Origin: Candidatus Marinacidobacterales bacterium
Lineage (GTDB): Bacteria; Acidobacteriota; Vicinamibacteria; Marinacidobacterales; SMYC01
DNA length: 64,000 bases
Reading direction: 5' to 3'
Assembly: GCA_965237955.1 (NCBI GenBank)
Contig: OZ250169.1
Coordinates: forward strand, 7,264,001 to 7,328,000
The notes beneath the pieces were generated by a model. The model worked only from the letters and a program-made list of their open reading frames with translations. It was not told the origin of the DNA and did not search any database. Below, piece after piece: positions 8,834 to 17,603 of this stretch. Position numbers and translations under genes: made by a program. The stretch's first letter is position 1. Each line of letters starts with the position of its first letter.

Positions 8834-9745
8834 TCAAGACGGTCGGATGGTGTAGTTCCATTTGGGTAGAGTCTGGTCCTTTGTAACGGAAAGCGCCTGC
8901 ATCCGCTCGTCAGTGATTTTGACGCCCTTCGGATAACGACGCCGGATAAGGTGTGCGCGTACTCGCAAACCGGAAGAGGTGGTGGTCGTGCGGATGTATT
9001 TGAGGATGGTTTCGTAGCTGTCGAGAGGCCTGCCCGCCCAGTTCTTGCTGATCTCGCTGAACAGACGGTGCTCCACTGGATTCCACTTGGATGAACCGGA
9101 CGGATAGTGGGCTATGGTGATAGCGATGTCGTGGCGATTGCAAATCCGCGTTTGAAGCCCGTGCTTCCAACCCCGACACCGATAGCCATTGCTGCCCCCG
9201 GCGTCTGCCAATATCGCGAGGTCACGGGCTGCAGGATAGCGTCGCCGTCCTTCCGTTCGCCACCACTTCTCGATGGCATTCACGGCGAAGTCCGGGGTGT
9301 TGTACGAGGTACCAATGAACACTGTCCCGCGGTTCGCGAGCAGATCGTAGACGCCGTAGGGGATTGCGATGCCGTTCGATTCGGAACGGAAGTCATGGTC
9401 TTTGACGAGAGTCGGCTCGCGGTTCCAGGCCTGCCCGCCGTTTTTGAATAATCCCACCAGCTCCCGTTTCTTCGTGTCTACGCTGATGATGGGATGACCA
9501 GCTGCGGCAAAACGCTCGCGCAGTTCGGCGATACACGCGAATTGGGTATCGCGATCTTCGGACGTGGCACCGCACAGCTTCTTGTGGTTCACCCGCAACG
9601 AGAAGCCGAGCTGTTTGAGCAGTCGACCGACGGTTTTGCTGCTGACGTTCACACTGAGGCTTCTTAGCTCGCAAGCAATCTTGTCGGTGGTCCGCCGCGT
9701 CCATTTCACTCCCGTCATCGGATCGCCCGCGGTGTCGTGCTTCAT
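8834..9745 (-). CDS. ISAzo13 transposase DDE region (OrfB, likely reached by -1 frameshift)
   Basis: TAGDPM, ISVDTKKRELVG, DHDF, ADAGGSNG, HYPSGSSKWNPVEHRLFS, WNYTIRP. Confidence 0.92.
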   Translation of the reverse strand: MKHDTAGDPMTGVKWTRRTTDKIACELRSLSVNVSSKTVGRLLKQLGFSLRVNHKKLCGATSEDRDTQFACIAELRERFAAAGHPIISVDTKKRELVGLFKNGGQAWNREPTLVKDHDFRSESNGIAIPYGVYDLLANRGTVFIGTSYNTPDFAVNAIEKWWRTEGRRRYPAARDLAILADAGGSNGYRCRGWKHGLQTRICNRHDIAITIAHYPSGSSKWNPVEHRLFSEISKNWAGRPLDSYETILKYIRTTTTSSGLRVRAHLIRRRYPKGVKITDERMQALSVTKDQTLPKWNYTIRPS

Positions 9746-10530
9746 GAGTTCTTCGATCTTGGCGATGACTTCTGGCGTTTTTTTTGCACGGCGCGCCGTC
9801 CGCCACCCTTTCGCCGAACTCCGTCGAGCTCAACATCTCTCATTAGTAATTCCCTACGACCTCTGGCTACCGTGCTCGGATCCATCCCGAGCAGTTCGGC
9901 AATCTGTTGGTCGCCACCGTGACCGAGCTTCATGGCCTCGACCCCCGCGTAGAGACGGCGCTGCTTTTCATCGAGCAGGCTGTAGAAAAGAACGATCGCA
10001 GCCTTCAACTCCACGGGGAGCACGCGGACTCCCCCGACCCAGCCCAACGTGGAAGGTGACGCCTCATGTACCTGGCGGGCCGAGAGCTGTTGCTTGCGCG
10101 TGCTCACATCGGTGGCCAGATACAGATATCGGCCGAACACCTGCTCGCGCGCCAATCTTTTCTCTCGGACCAGTTTCAACAGAGGAGCCTTGACGTCAAC
10201 CTGCACCTCGTCCTCGAGCTCGTCGACGTAGTAGCCTGCCTCACAGGCCGCGACCAACGCTTTTACCGTCGCAAGCAACGTCCCGTACTTCGAGAACCAC
10301 ACTGAGCGCAACGACCAAAGACCTTTTCGATCGAACTGGGCGATCTCGTCCAACGTGTAGTAGCTACCACGGTGGGAGTAGCTTGTCCGATACGCCAACT
10401 CATTGAGCTTTCGGAAGACGGTCGAGTCCACATCGGTACCCAACACTGCCTTCAAATCATCGAGGGTAGCTATTTTGTGCTTCCTCAACAGGCGGTCGAG
10501 ATCTTCAGACTGATAGCTCGTAGGTCTCAT
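9742..10530 (-). CDS. ISAzo13 OrfA (extra N-terminal domain plus HTH)
   Basis: LDEKQRRLYAGVEAMKLGHGG..TVARGRREL..RRKGGGR; A8 run at 9778-9785. Confidence 0.85.
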   Translation of the reverse strand: MRPTSYQSEDLDRLLRKHKIATLDDLKAVLGTDVDSTVFRKLNELAYRTSYSHRGSYYTLDEIAQFDRKGLWSLRSVWFSKYGTLLATVKALVAACEAGYYVDELEDEVQVDVKAPLLKLVREKRLAREQVFGRYLYLATDVSTRKQQLSARQVHEASPSTLGWVGGVRVLPVELKAAIVLFYSLLDEKQRRLYAGVEAMKLGHGGDQQIAELLGMDPSTVARGRRELLMRDVELDGVRRKGGGRRAVQKKRQKSSPRSKNS

Positions 10531-10768
10531 AATAGGAGAAGTGCTCCTTGATAGGCGTAATCCTCCCTAAAATGAGGACCGTTTGTCAAACACGCGCTGG
10601 TTGCTGAAGATCTACAAATGTTCCGTTTCTAGGGAGCTTGCCAGGCTCTCGTGATGCCAGACGACATCGCGATCACGACCTGAAACAGGAAGAGTGTGCT
10701 CAAAACTAGACAGTTATTTTGTCGGCGGCCCTAAGGGTGGATCGGCACGGAACTTGCGACTGAAACCC

Positions 10769-11965
10769 GTGCCATTGAAGGGCACCATCGAACTCGACTC
10801 CGTGCGCCGGCAATTCGGCCGGGGGACGGTCATCTTCGAAGAACGCGAGCCCGCGAGCTACGCGTACGTGATCGAGACCGGCCTCGTCGAAATCTCGACC
10901 GACGTCGACGACGAGAGGCGGGTGCTGGCCACGATGGGTCCCGGTGAGATGTTCGGTGAGATGGCGGCGCTCGACGGTACCGAGCGCTCGGCCACAGCGA
11001 CGGCCATCGAAGATACCGAGCTCACTCTCATCGTCAGCGACCAGCTACGCTCACGCGTGGAATCGGCCGAGCCGATCCTGAAACTTCTGCTCCGGGTCAT
11101 CCTCAATAGATTTCGGCACGAGCAGAGACTCTTTCGGCATCCGGGAAACGGAACGTTCGAAGCCATAACCCTCGACGCCGAATACGATGTATCGAAGGGG
11201 GCTATCGACAAGATCAAGCTCGAAAGCGATCTGCGCGGCGCACTCGATAGACGTGAGCTCGCTCTTCACTATCAGCCGATCGTGAGCCTCGCTTCCGGTG
11301 ACGTCGCGGGTTTCGAAGCGCTTCTCCGCTGGCGGCACCGAGAGCTCGGAATGATCCCACCGCAGAGTTTCATCGGCCTCGCCGAGGAGACCGCGCTGAT
11401 TGTTCCCATCGGACGTTGGGTGCTGGAGCAAGCGTGCCGGGACCTCGTGCGTTTCCAAGCGCACGCGCGCGACGACGTCACCATGAGCGTGAACGTCTCC
11501 GGACGCCAATTCTCCGAGCCGGCGTTCATCGGTGAGCTCGCGAACGTGATGGCGGAAACGAGCATCGACCCGGAAACGCTCAAGCTCGAGATTACCGAAT
11601 CGGTCCTCATGGACTATCAGTCGGCGCCGCTACGCTGGATCGAGCAATGTAAACGCCTGGGTGCTCAAATCGCGCTCGACGACTTCGGAACCGGGTTCTC
11701 GAGTCTCAGCTATCTCGCGAGCTTTCCCATCGATACCCTGAAGATCGATCGATCGTTCGTCGCCGCGATGCATAAGGATCCGCGCAGTCTCAAGATCGTG
11801 CGCGCGATCAATCAACTCGCCCACGGCATCGGCCTCGACGTCGTTGCCGAGGGGATCGAAGAGCCGGAACAGCGCGACGAACTCGCGCAAATGGGTTGCG
11901 CGCTCGGTCAAGGCTTTCTTTTCTCGAAAGCCGTCCACTTCGACGAGGCCGTCGAGCTCCTCTGA
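10769..11965 (+). CDS. cNMP-binding domain plus EAL c-di-GMP phosphodiesterase
   Basis: GEMFGEMAALDGTERSATA; HYQPIV, FEALLRW, SVNVS, EITES, DDFGTGFSSLSYL, KIDRSF, VAEGIE, QGFLF. Confidence 0.9.
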   Translation: MPLKGTIELDSVRRQFGRGTVIFEEREPASYAYVIETGLVEISTDVDDERRVLATMGPGEMFGEMAALDGTERSATATAIEDTELTLIVSDQLRSRVESAEPILKLLLRVILNRFRHEQRLFRHPGNGTFEAITLDAEYDVSKGAIDKIKLESDLRGALDRRELALHYQPIVSLASGDVAGFEALLRWRHRELGMIPPQSFIGLAEETALIVPIGRWVLEQACRDLVRFQAHARDDVTMSVNVSGRQFSEPAFIGELANVMAETSIDPETLKLEITESVLMDYQSAPLRWIEQCKRLGAQIALDDFGTGFSSLSYLASFPIDTLKIDRSFVAAMHKDPRSLKIVRAINQLAHGIGLDVVAEGIEEPEQRDELAQMGCALGQGFLFSKAVHFDEAVELL

Positions 11966-11967
11966 TC

Positions 11968-12159
11968 TCAGTATCCGTGACCGGTGTTCCATAATCCCCG
12001 GATGCGGAAGCCGCTGGAACTAGAAAAAGAGGATCGCGTCGCGATCGCAGCAATCATGTGGTTGCCATAGAGGGTCGCAACGCCTTTGAAGTTGTCGTTG
12101 GCTCCGTTGGCGTAGGCCACGAACAGCGCACCGAGCAAGAGACCGGCGACAATCACCAT
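11968..12159 (-). pseudogene. PiT-family inorganic phosphate transporter, first helix only
   Basis: LFVAYANGANDNFKGVATLYG (GANDxxN-type PiT signature), then homology is lost. Confidence 0.8.
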
Positions 12160-12173
12160 GGCTTTTCCAGCCG

Positions 12174-13340
12174 TCAGCAGCAGTTACCGTCGGGTCCGCA
12201 GTACGGCGCGTCGGTTGTCTCGGTGGCGTCGTAGTCGAGCCCCTTGGTCTCGCGCGCATGGCGCACCGCGTCCTTCCGGCAATCGAACGGTACCGCTTCT
12301 GAAAGAGGAATCTCCTCGTAAGGCTCTACGGCTTCGATGTCCGCTGCGTAGGGCTCGGATTTGTAAATGTTGAAAGTCTTGTCGCAGACCGCCATGCGTT
12401 GGCCTCGAAAAAGCGCGTGCCCGTCATCGTCGGTGACGCTCCGCCATGGCCCTTTGTAGATCACGGCTTGATGGCGCTCGAGGCACGGGCCTTCCTTCCC
12501 CTTGAAGGCTCGGACCGTGAGCGCGCGGAACTCGATGCCCTCGACGCTCTGCCAGGGTCTTTCGTCCCGCGCGAGGATCTCGACGCCGTAGAACCCGGCT
12601 TCCTCGAATGCCTTCAAGAACAGGTCTTCACGAAACGCACCGGAAATGCAGCCGCTCCAGAGATCGGGATCGGCTTGCAAGTGCTCGGGCACGTCTTCGT
12701 CGCTAACGATGTCCGAGATGACGACGCGTCCACCCCTCTTCAGGACACGATGCATCTCGCGGAAGAGCCCGGATTTCGACTGCGGGTCGACGAGGTTGAG
12801 CACGCAGTTACTCACCACGACGGCGATCGAGGCCGACGGGATCATCGGGTTCTCCCTCCGCTCCTTCTCTTTCCAGTGGCCCACGGCCTCGAGCTCCTCG
12901 ACGGTGCGTACAGGATGAGACTCGAGATGGGCCTCGAGCCGTTCTTGATCGAGAGCGAGGTCTTGAATCTTGCCTTTGCGGAGCTCGACGTTGTGATAGC
13001 CGAGCGCGTCCCCGATGCTCTGCCGGTAGTTGCGCGCCAGCGCGAGCATGTCATCGTTTATTTCGACGCCGATGACGCGGCCTTCCGGCCCCACCACCTG
13101 AGACGCGATATAACAAATCTTGCCGCCACCGCTTCCGAGGTCCAGAACCGTTTCTCCCGGATGCAGGTGCTTCGAAGGGTCCCCGCAGCCGTAGTCCCGC
13201 TCGAGGATCTCTTCGGGAATCACCGACAGGTATCGCGGGTCGTAGTCCACGGGACAGCAGAGCTCTCGCTCTCGCGCCGTTGCCGCCTGCGAGTAGCGCG
13301 ACTTCACGGCTCGTTCGGGGTTTATCTCGGTTGTCGCCAT
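12174..13340 (-). CDS. arsM: ArsM-like As(III) SAM methyltransferase with Cys-rich C-terminal extension
   Basis: LCCP, YGCGDP, VLDLGSGGG, VGPEGRVIGV, SNCVLNL, WSGCISGA (positions of the four AS3MT/ArsM cysteines); ends YCGPDGNCC; TGATG coupling to the upstream gene. Confidence 0.8.
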   Translation of the reverse strand: MATTEINPERAVKSRYSQAATARERELCCPVDYDPRYLSVIPEEILERDYGCGDPSKHLHPGETVLDLGSGGGKICYIASQVVGPEGRVIGVEINDDMLALARNYRQSIGDALGYHNVELRKGKIQDLALDQERLEAHLESHPVRTVEELEAVGHWKEKERRENPMIPSASIAVVVSNCVLNLVDPQSKSGLFREMHRVLKRGGRVVISDIVSDEDVPEHLQADPDLWSGCISGAFREDLFLKAFEEAGFYGVEILARDERPWQSVEGIEFRALTVRAFKGKEGPCLERHQAVIYKGPWRSVTDDDGHALFRGQRMAVCDKTFNIYKSEPYAADIEAVEPYEEIPLSEAVPFDCRKDAVRHARETKGLDYDATETTDAPYCGPDGNCC

Positions 13341-14134
13341 CAGAAGCTTCCTTTCTTTCGCTCTTTCGCCGGGAGAATCTCGAGGCAGGTGGTCCACCAT
13401 CCGTGCCGGATCGTGTCCATGAACTCCACCGGGAGACCCTCCTGCTTCATCTCGAGCGCCAGGCTCTCGTGGTCGTAGTCCACGGGGACGAACTCGGCGT
13501 CGAAGCCGTTGCGGGCGTCGAGAATCGTGTACCAGACGTTGGTCCGTCCATCGTTGGCGGGCCGCCCCACGACACCGACGTTGACGAAGTGCCGGTCGCC
13601 GGTAAGCTCGCGCTTCCAATGAAGACCGGTATGCGTGGCTAGCACCACGTCGGCGTGATGCGAGTCCACCATCTTCTCGAGAAAATGCGTCGGGGTCGTA
13701 GACTCCCAGAGGAACTCGTTCATCTTTCGAGGCGAACCGTGGCTCATGAGCACCCGGTAGCCGCCGAGCTCGATGCGGATCGACTCCGGGAGCGATCGCA
13801 TCCACGACTTCCATCGGTCCGAGGTTCGGTCGAAGGTGTAGTCGTAGGAGATCTTCGCGAAGAAGTTGTCGCGGGGGTCGGTGTACCCGCACTGGCAGTC
13901 GTTGAGTCCGCGCCCGATGGAGTTGTCGTAGTTCCCCTGCATCACCCGTACGCCCGCTTCGAGCAACAAAGGAAACGTCTTGTCGGGGTGCGGCCCGAAG
14001 GCGCCGAGATCCCCGAGACAGAATATGGCGTCGACGTCGCGCCGGCGGGCGTCGGCAATGGCGGCCTCGAGGGCGATATGGTTGCTGTAGACGCCGCCGA
14101 GAGCGGCGATTCTCTCGAAGCGCTCAGGCCGCAT
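13340..14134 (-). CDS. Calcineurin-like metallophosphoesterase
   Basis: GGVYSNHIAL, CLGDLG, QGNYD, SHGSP, THTG; extra CQCGY and WWTTCLE. Confidence 0.85.
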   Translation of the reverse strand: MRPERFERIAALGGVYSNHIALEAAIADARRRDVDAIFCLGDLGAFGPHPDKTFPLLLEAGVRVMQGNYDNSIGRGLNDCQCGYTDPRDNFFAKISYDYTFDRTSDRWKSWMRSLPESIRIELGGYRVLMSHGSPRKMNEFLWESTTPTHFLEKMVDSHHADVVLATHTGLHWKRELTGDRHFVNVGVVGRPANDGRTNVWYTILDARNGFDAEFVPVDYDHESLALEMKQEGLPVEFMDTIRHGWWTTCLEILPAKERKKGSF

Positions 14135-15014
14135 CGCCGCCTCCCGCGCTCACATTGCTGCAAATGGCGCCGCCTACATAGCAGGTGTAGCAGGCTCCAT
14201 GCGCGAGCGGATAGGAGCCGAGCGACTCGGACAGGGTCTTTCCCATGCGGGCTTCCGGCGAGTCGATGAGGATGGGGCAGACGTAGACGCCCTTGTCGGT
14301 CACGATCCGCGAGTGGGTGCAGATGAGCTGAGAGACGTCGAAGTCCTCGAGCATCTCCACGGTCACCTTCTCCGACGGGTGATAGCCGCGATTGCGTTCG
14401 ACTTCCGCGCCGATCCGCAAGGTCGGAATGATCTTCACTCGGGGGCGCTCGTATCCTGCATCTCGCAGCACGCTCACGAAACGCGCGAAGACGTCGTCGT
14501 TGCGATCGTCGTCCCAGGTTTGCGCCACGGTGATGATCGGGAGGAAGCCGTGCTGCAGAAGAAGCCGCACACCGGCCATCGCGCGCACGAACGTCCCGTC
14601 CCCGCGAATGGGATCGTTCGTCTCGCTCGAGTAGCCGTCGATACTCACCCGAAACTCCAGGCTGTAGGGCGAAAGCACCTCGGCCCGCTCCAGCCGGGCG
14701 GCGGCCTCCGGTTTCAACAACGTCCCGTTCGTGAGCACGGTCGCCGGACCGAGCTCCAGGGTGCGCTCGAGAATCTCGACCATGTCCGGGTGTATGAAGG
14801 GCTCTCCCCCCGTGTAGTAGTACTCCTTGACGCCGAGCTCCCGAGACTCTTCGAGTGCGAGGAGCACGGCCTCACGGGAGAGGAGCTCGAACGTGTGGTT
14901 CGTCGGACCACACGAGATGAAGCAGTGGTGGCACGTCAGATTGCACAGCGTTCCCGAGATCTGGAACCAGAGATCGTCGAGGGCGCGAAGCTCGACCTGG
15001 GCACTCGCGCTCAC
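14124..15014 (-). CDS. Radical SAM protein with Cys-rich C-terminus (ArsS-related, divergent)
   Basis: CNLTCHHC, YYTGGEP, LTNG, RVSIDG; C-terminal IC..VCPIL..CYTC....C; GTGA overlap with the upstream gene. Confidence 0.85.
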   Translation of the reverse strand: MSASAQVELRALDDLWFQISGTLCNLTCHHCFISCGPTNHTFELLSREAVLLALEESRELGVKEYYYTGGEPFIHPDMVEILERTLELGPATVLTNGTLLKPEAAARLERAEVLSPYSLEFRVSIDGYSSETNDPIRGDGTFVRAMAGVRLLLQHGFLPIITVAQTWDDDRNDDVFARFVSVLRDAGYERPRVKIIPTLRIGAEVERNRGYHPSEKVTVEMLEDFDVSQLICTHSRIVTDKGVYVCPILIDSPEARMGKTLSESLGSYPLAHGACYTCYVGGAICSNVSAGGGDAA

Positions 15015-16222
15015 GAGGCTCGCTCCTTCCGCCCCTCGGCGGCCAGCAGTCCGAACACTTCTTCGATCTGCTGGAGCCCGATGCGGATCAGGAAGTTCGA
15101 GCCTTTGCCGTAGCTCTTGGCCCCGAGAATGAAGAAATTCGGTTCCGGATTTCTGAGAACCTCGGCACCTTTGGACGTCTGCGCCAGGCAGTCGACCGGG
15201 CTTTCGCCGAGAAGAGCTGCGGCAAGTTTCATCGGAGCCAGCGAGGCGTAGCACTCGTGGACTTGGAGCTCTCGATAGAGGCTTCGGTCCGGATGGTACC
15301 CGACGTGGGCAAGGATCCGGTCCACGGTCACGAGCTTGGTTACCCGCGACGAGCGAAGCTCGACTTCGAACGCGGAGCTCTCACGCCGTACCGACTCGAC
15401 GGTGTGCTCTGGATAGAAGTGGACCCGGGCGTCGCCTCCCGCCGCGAGCTCACCTGCGAGCTCGGAGAGCCTCTTGCGCTCGGGAAGCGGATCGTCGGCG
15501 ATGACGGCGGGCGGCTTCTGTCTTCGCGCGACCCAGTGGACCGTCGTTTCGGGAAGGGCCCTCAAACCGTCGAGCGCCGTGCTCGCCGAGTGACCGTCGC
15601 CGACGAGGAGAACACGCTTTGCCTCGTATCTCGCGCGATCCGTCCCGGGGACGTCTTCGAGCTCGTAGGCAATGTGCTCCTCGAGCGCGCGCTCTCCGAG
15701 AGCCGGTACGTTCCCGTTTCCCATCCAATTGTGGTTTCCATACGTCCCCGAACAGTCGAAAAGGACGTCTGCCTCCACGAGCTCTTCGTCGCCGGCCTCG
15801 CTTTCGACGAGAAGCCGGAACGGATACCGCTCCCGCGGACCGCCGATGAGGTCGCCCTTCCCGATGCCGTCGCGGCCGACCGAGACCACGCGCGTGTTCT
15901 GGTGGATGCATCCCGACAGAGGGGCTGTGCGCGACAGAGGCTCGAGATAGCGCTCGAGGTGCTCCTCCCCGGTGAGATACTCCCCGGCCTCGGGAAGCTT
16001 GAAACCTTCGGCTTGGAGAAGGCGCGCACCCCGCCCCGAGTGATCGAGCTCGAAGGAAGAGAAGAGCCGCACGTGTCCCCAGCGCCGCAGGTTCCCGCCG
16101 ACGGCTCCACGCTCATAGACGCGAACGTCGTATCCGAGCTCGCGCCCGGCGAGCGCGGCCTCGATTCCGATCGGGCCAGCGCCGATGATGGCTAGTCTGT
16201 GCAAGTCTATGGGCCTTTCCAC
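15011..16222 (-). CDS. FAD/NAD(P)-dependent oxidoreductase (flavoprotein monooxygenase-like)
   Basis: IIGAGPIG, WGHVRLFS, FDCSGT, LVGDGHSA, GYHPD, EPNFFILGAKSYG. Confidence 0.85.
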   Translation of the reverse strand: MERPIDLHRLAIIGAGPIGIEAALAGRELGYDVRVYERGAVGGNLRRWGHVRLFSSFELDHSGRGARLLQAEGFKLPEAGEYLTGEEHLERYLEPLSRTAPLSGCIHQNTRVVSVGRDGIGKGDLIGGPRERYPFRLLVESEAGDEELVEADVLFDCSGTYGNHNWMGNGNVPALGERALEEHIAYELEDVPGTDRARYEAKRVLLVGDGHSASTALDGLRALPETTVHWVARRQKPPAVIADDPLPERKRLSELAGELAAGGDARVHFYPEHTVESVRRESSAFEVELRSSRVTKLVTVDRILAHVGYHPDRSLYRELQVHECYASLAPMKLAAALLGESPVDCLAQTSKGAEVLRNPEPNFFILGAKSYGKGSNFLIRIGLQQIEEVFGLLAAEGRKERAS

Positions 16223-16266
16223 GGATACACTCCCGGTCCGCCTTTCGCGGATCTCGAACAGAAGGA

Positions 16267-17034
16267 TTAGAGCGTCGTGCAGGAAGGCAGCGGCGGAGCG
16301 CGCAACCGGTGGGCGGCGGCGGGTGAGAGGCGCTTGAGAGAGTGATGAGCCTCTTCGATGGTCCAAAGTTCCGGTACGGAAAGTCGTCGAATCCGAGAGA
16401 CGAGCCTCTTCAGAGCTACTCGGGCCCGCGGTCCATGGCTCGAGATGCGGTTCAAAAAGCGCACGAGCTCCTGAGCGCTATCGATGTCTTCGAGCTTCCG
16501 AAGTTGCGCCACCCCGAAGCCGCTTTCCTGAAGCCGCTCCACGGTCCGTTGCGCAACCTCGGCCGAGCCCCAGGGCATCGCTTCGAAGGCCGCGATGCAC
16601 GGCTCCGTCAGGCCGATAAGGTTGTAGCCTCCGTCGGTCGCCGGACCGACGACGGCCTTCCGTTCTCCTCGTGAGAGCTCGTCGAGAGCGGTTTTCACGT
16701 AATCCTGAGAGATCTCCGGCGCATCGTTCCCGATGACGACGACCCGCCGGTAGCCGCGCGCGAACGCCTCCTCGACCGCAAGCCTGAGCGATTCTCCGAA
16801 GTCTCTCCCTCGTTGACGGAGCCACTGAGCTCCCGGCGGGAGATCGACCGGTGCCTCGCTGGCGACGAGTAGATCGGCGCCGCTCAGACCCGTGCACACC
16901 GTCTGAACGTGCTCGATCAGGGTGGCAAAAAGAGCCGTGGCACGCTGCGACCCGTGGAGCCCGAGGGGTTTTCTAACCGCTTCCGCCTCCGGCGTCAGCG
17001 TGAAGAGGACGACCGCCGAGCTCGAGCGCCGCAT
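16267..17034 (-). CDS. DUF2064 / TIGR04282-type transferase (arsenosugar-cluster associated)
   Basis: QRGRDFGESL, VVVIGNDAP, VVGPATDGGYNLIGL, MPWGS, LEDID; C-terminal tail containing RAPP. Confidence 0.85.
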   Translation of the reverse strand: MRRSSSAVVLFTLTPEAEAVRKPLGLHGSQRATALFATLIEHVQTVCTGLSGADLLVASEAPVDLPPGAQWLRQRGRDFGESLRLAVEEAFARGYRRVVVIGNDAPEISQDYVKTALDELSRGERKAVVGPATDGGYNLIGLTEPCIAAFEAMPWGSAEVAQRTVERLQESGFGVAQLRKLEDIDSAQELVRFLNRISSHGPRARVALKRLVSRIRRLSVPELWTIEEAHHSLKRLSPAAAHRLRAPPLPSCTTL

Positions 17035-17109
17035 GACGCTACTCTACCAGACCACACGGCCGGGGCCTATGAATCCTTTCACAGGATCTGCTCGCACCTC
17101 CTCGTCATG

Positions 17110-17603
17110 CACCTATACGTCTGACGGCACATCTATCAGGCTACGCCGTCTTCTCAGCGATGGAAGAGCTCGAGCCTGATTTTCTCGTCGCGAACGGCGA
17201 CATGATCTACGCGGACAGCGAGTGCGCCGCGGAGCGCGCCGAAGGTGGCCGGAACATCCCCGGCGATTTCCCCAAGATCGACGATCCGAGCGTCGACTGG
17301 ACCAACGCGTCAGCCGTGAGAGAGATTTACCTCGCGCATTGGCGGTACAACCGCGCCGACCCCCACTTCCAGAGTCTCCTATCGAAAGCGTCGATGTACT
17401 CCCAGTGGGAAGACCGATGTCGATGGCGACGGCGATCGGCTGTTGTTCCACGAGCTCATAAGCGGCCCGCTGAGCGCGTTCAAGTCCGCGCCGCGGGGTC
17501 CCGACCCTACTTTCCAGCCACGCATCCTCTATGCCGAAGGCGAGCTCTTCAACTTCTCCTTCGTGCGCATCGAGCGTCGTGACGGCGTTTCCCACCTCCT
17601 CGC
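17110..17603 (+). pseudogene. PhoD-family alkaline phosphatase remnant (no N-terminus, internal deletion, cut by IS5)
   Basis: PDFLVANGDMIYAD..HWRYNRADPH..SQWED, then in another frame FHELISGPLSA..FNF. Confidence 0.75.

Larger units (their letters stand above)
8806..10731 (-). mobile_element. ISAzo13 family insertion sequence, copy 1
   Basis: IRs GGGCCGGCGACAAAATAA / TTATTTTGTCGGCGGCCC; TAA on both flanks within CTAAG; second copy at 31206-33131. Confidence 0.9.

Noticed and set aside
12174-13892. 572-aa ORF suggesting a long N-terminal extension on ArsM
   Set aside because: The extension overlaps the phosphoesterase in another frame and is Arg-rich shadow sequence; the true start at 13340 is coupled to the upstream stop
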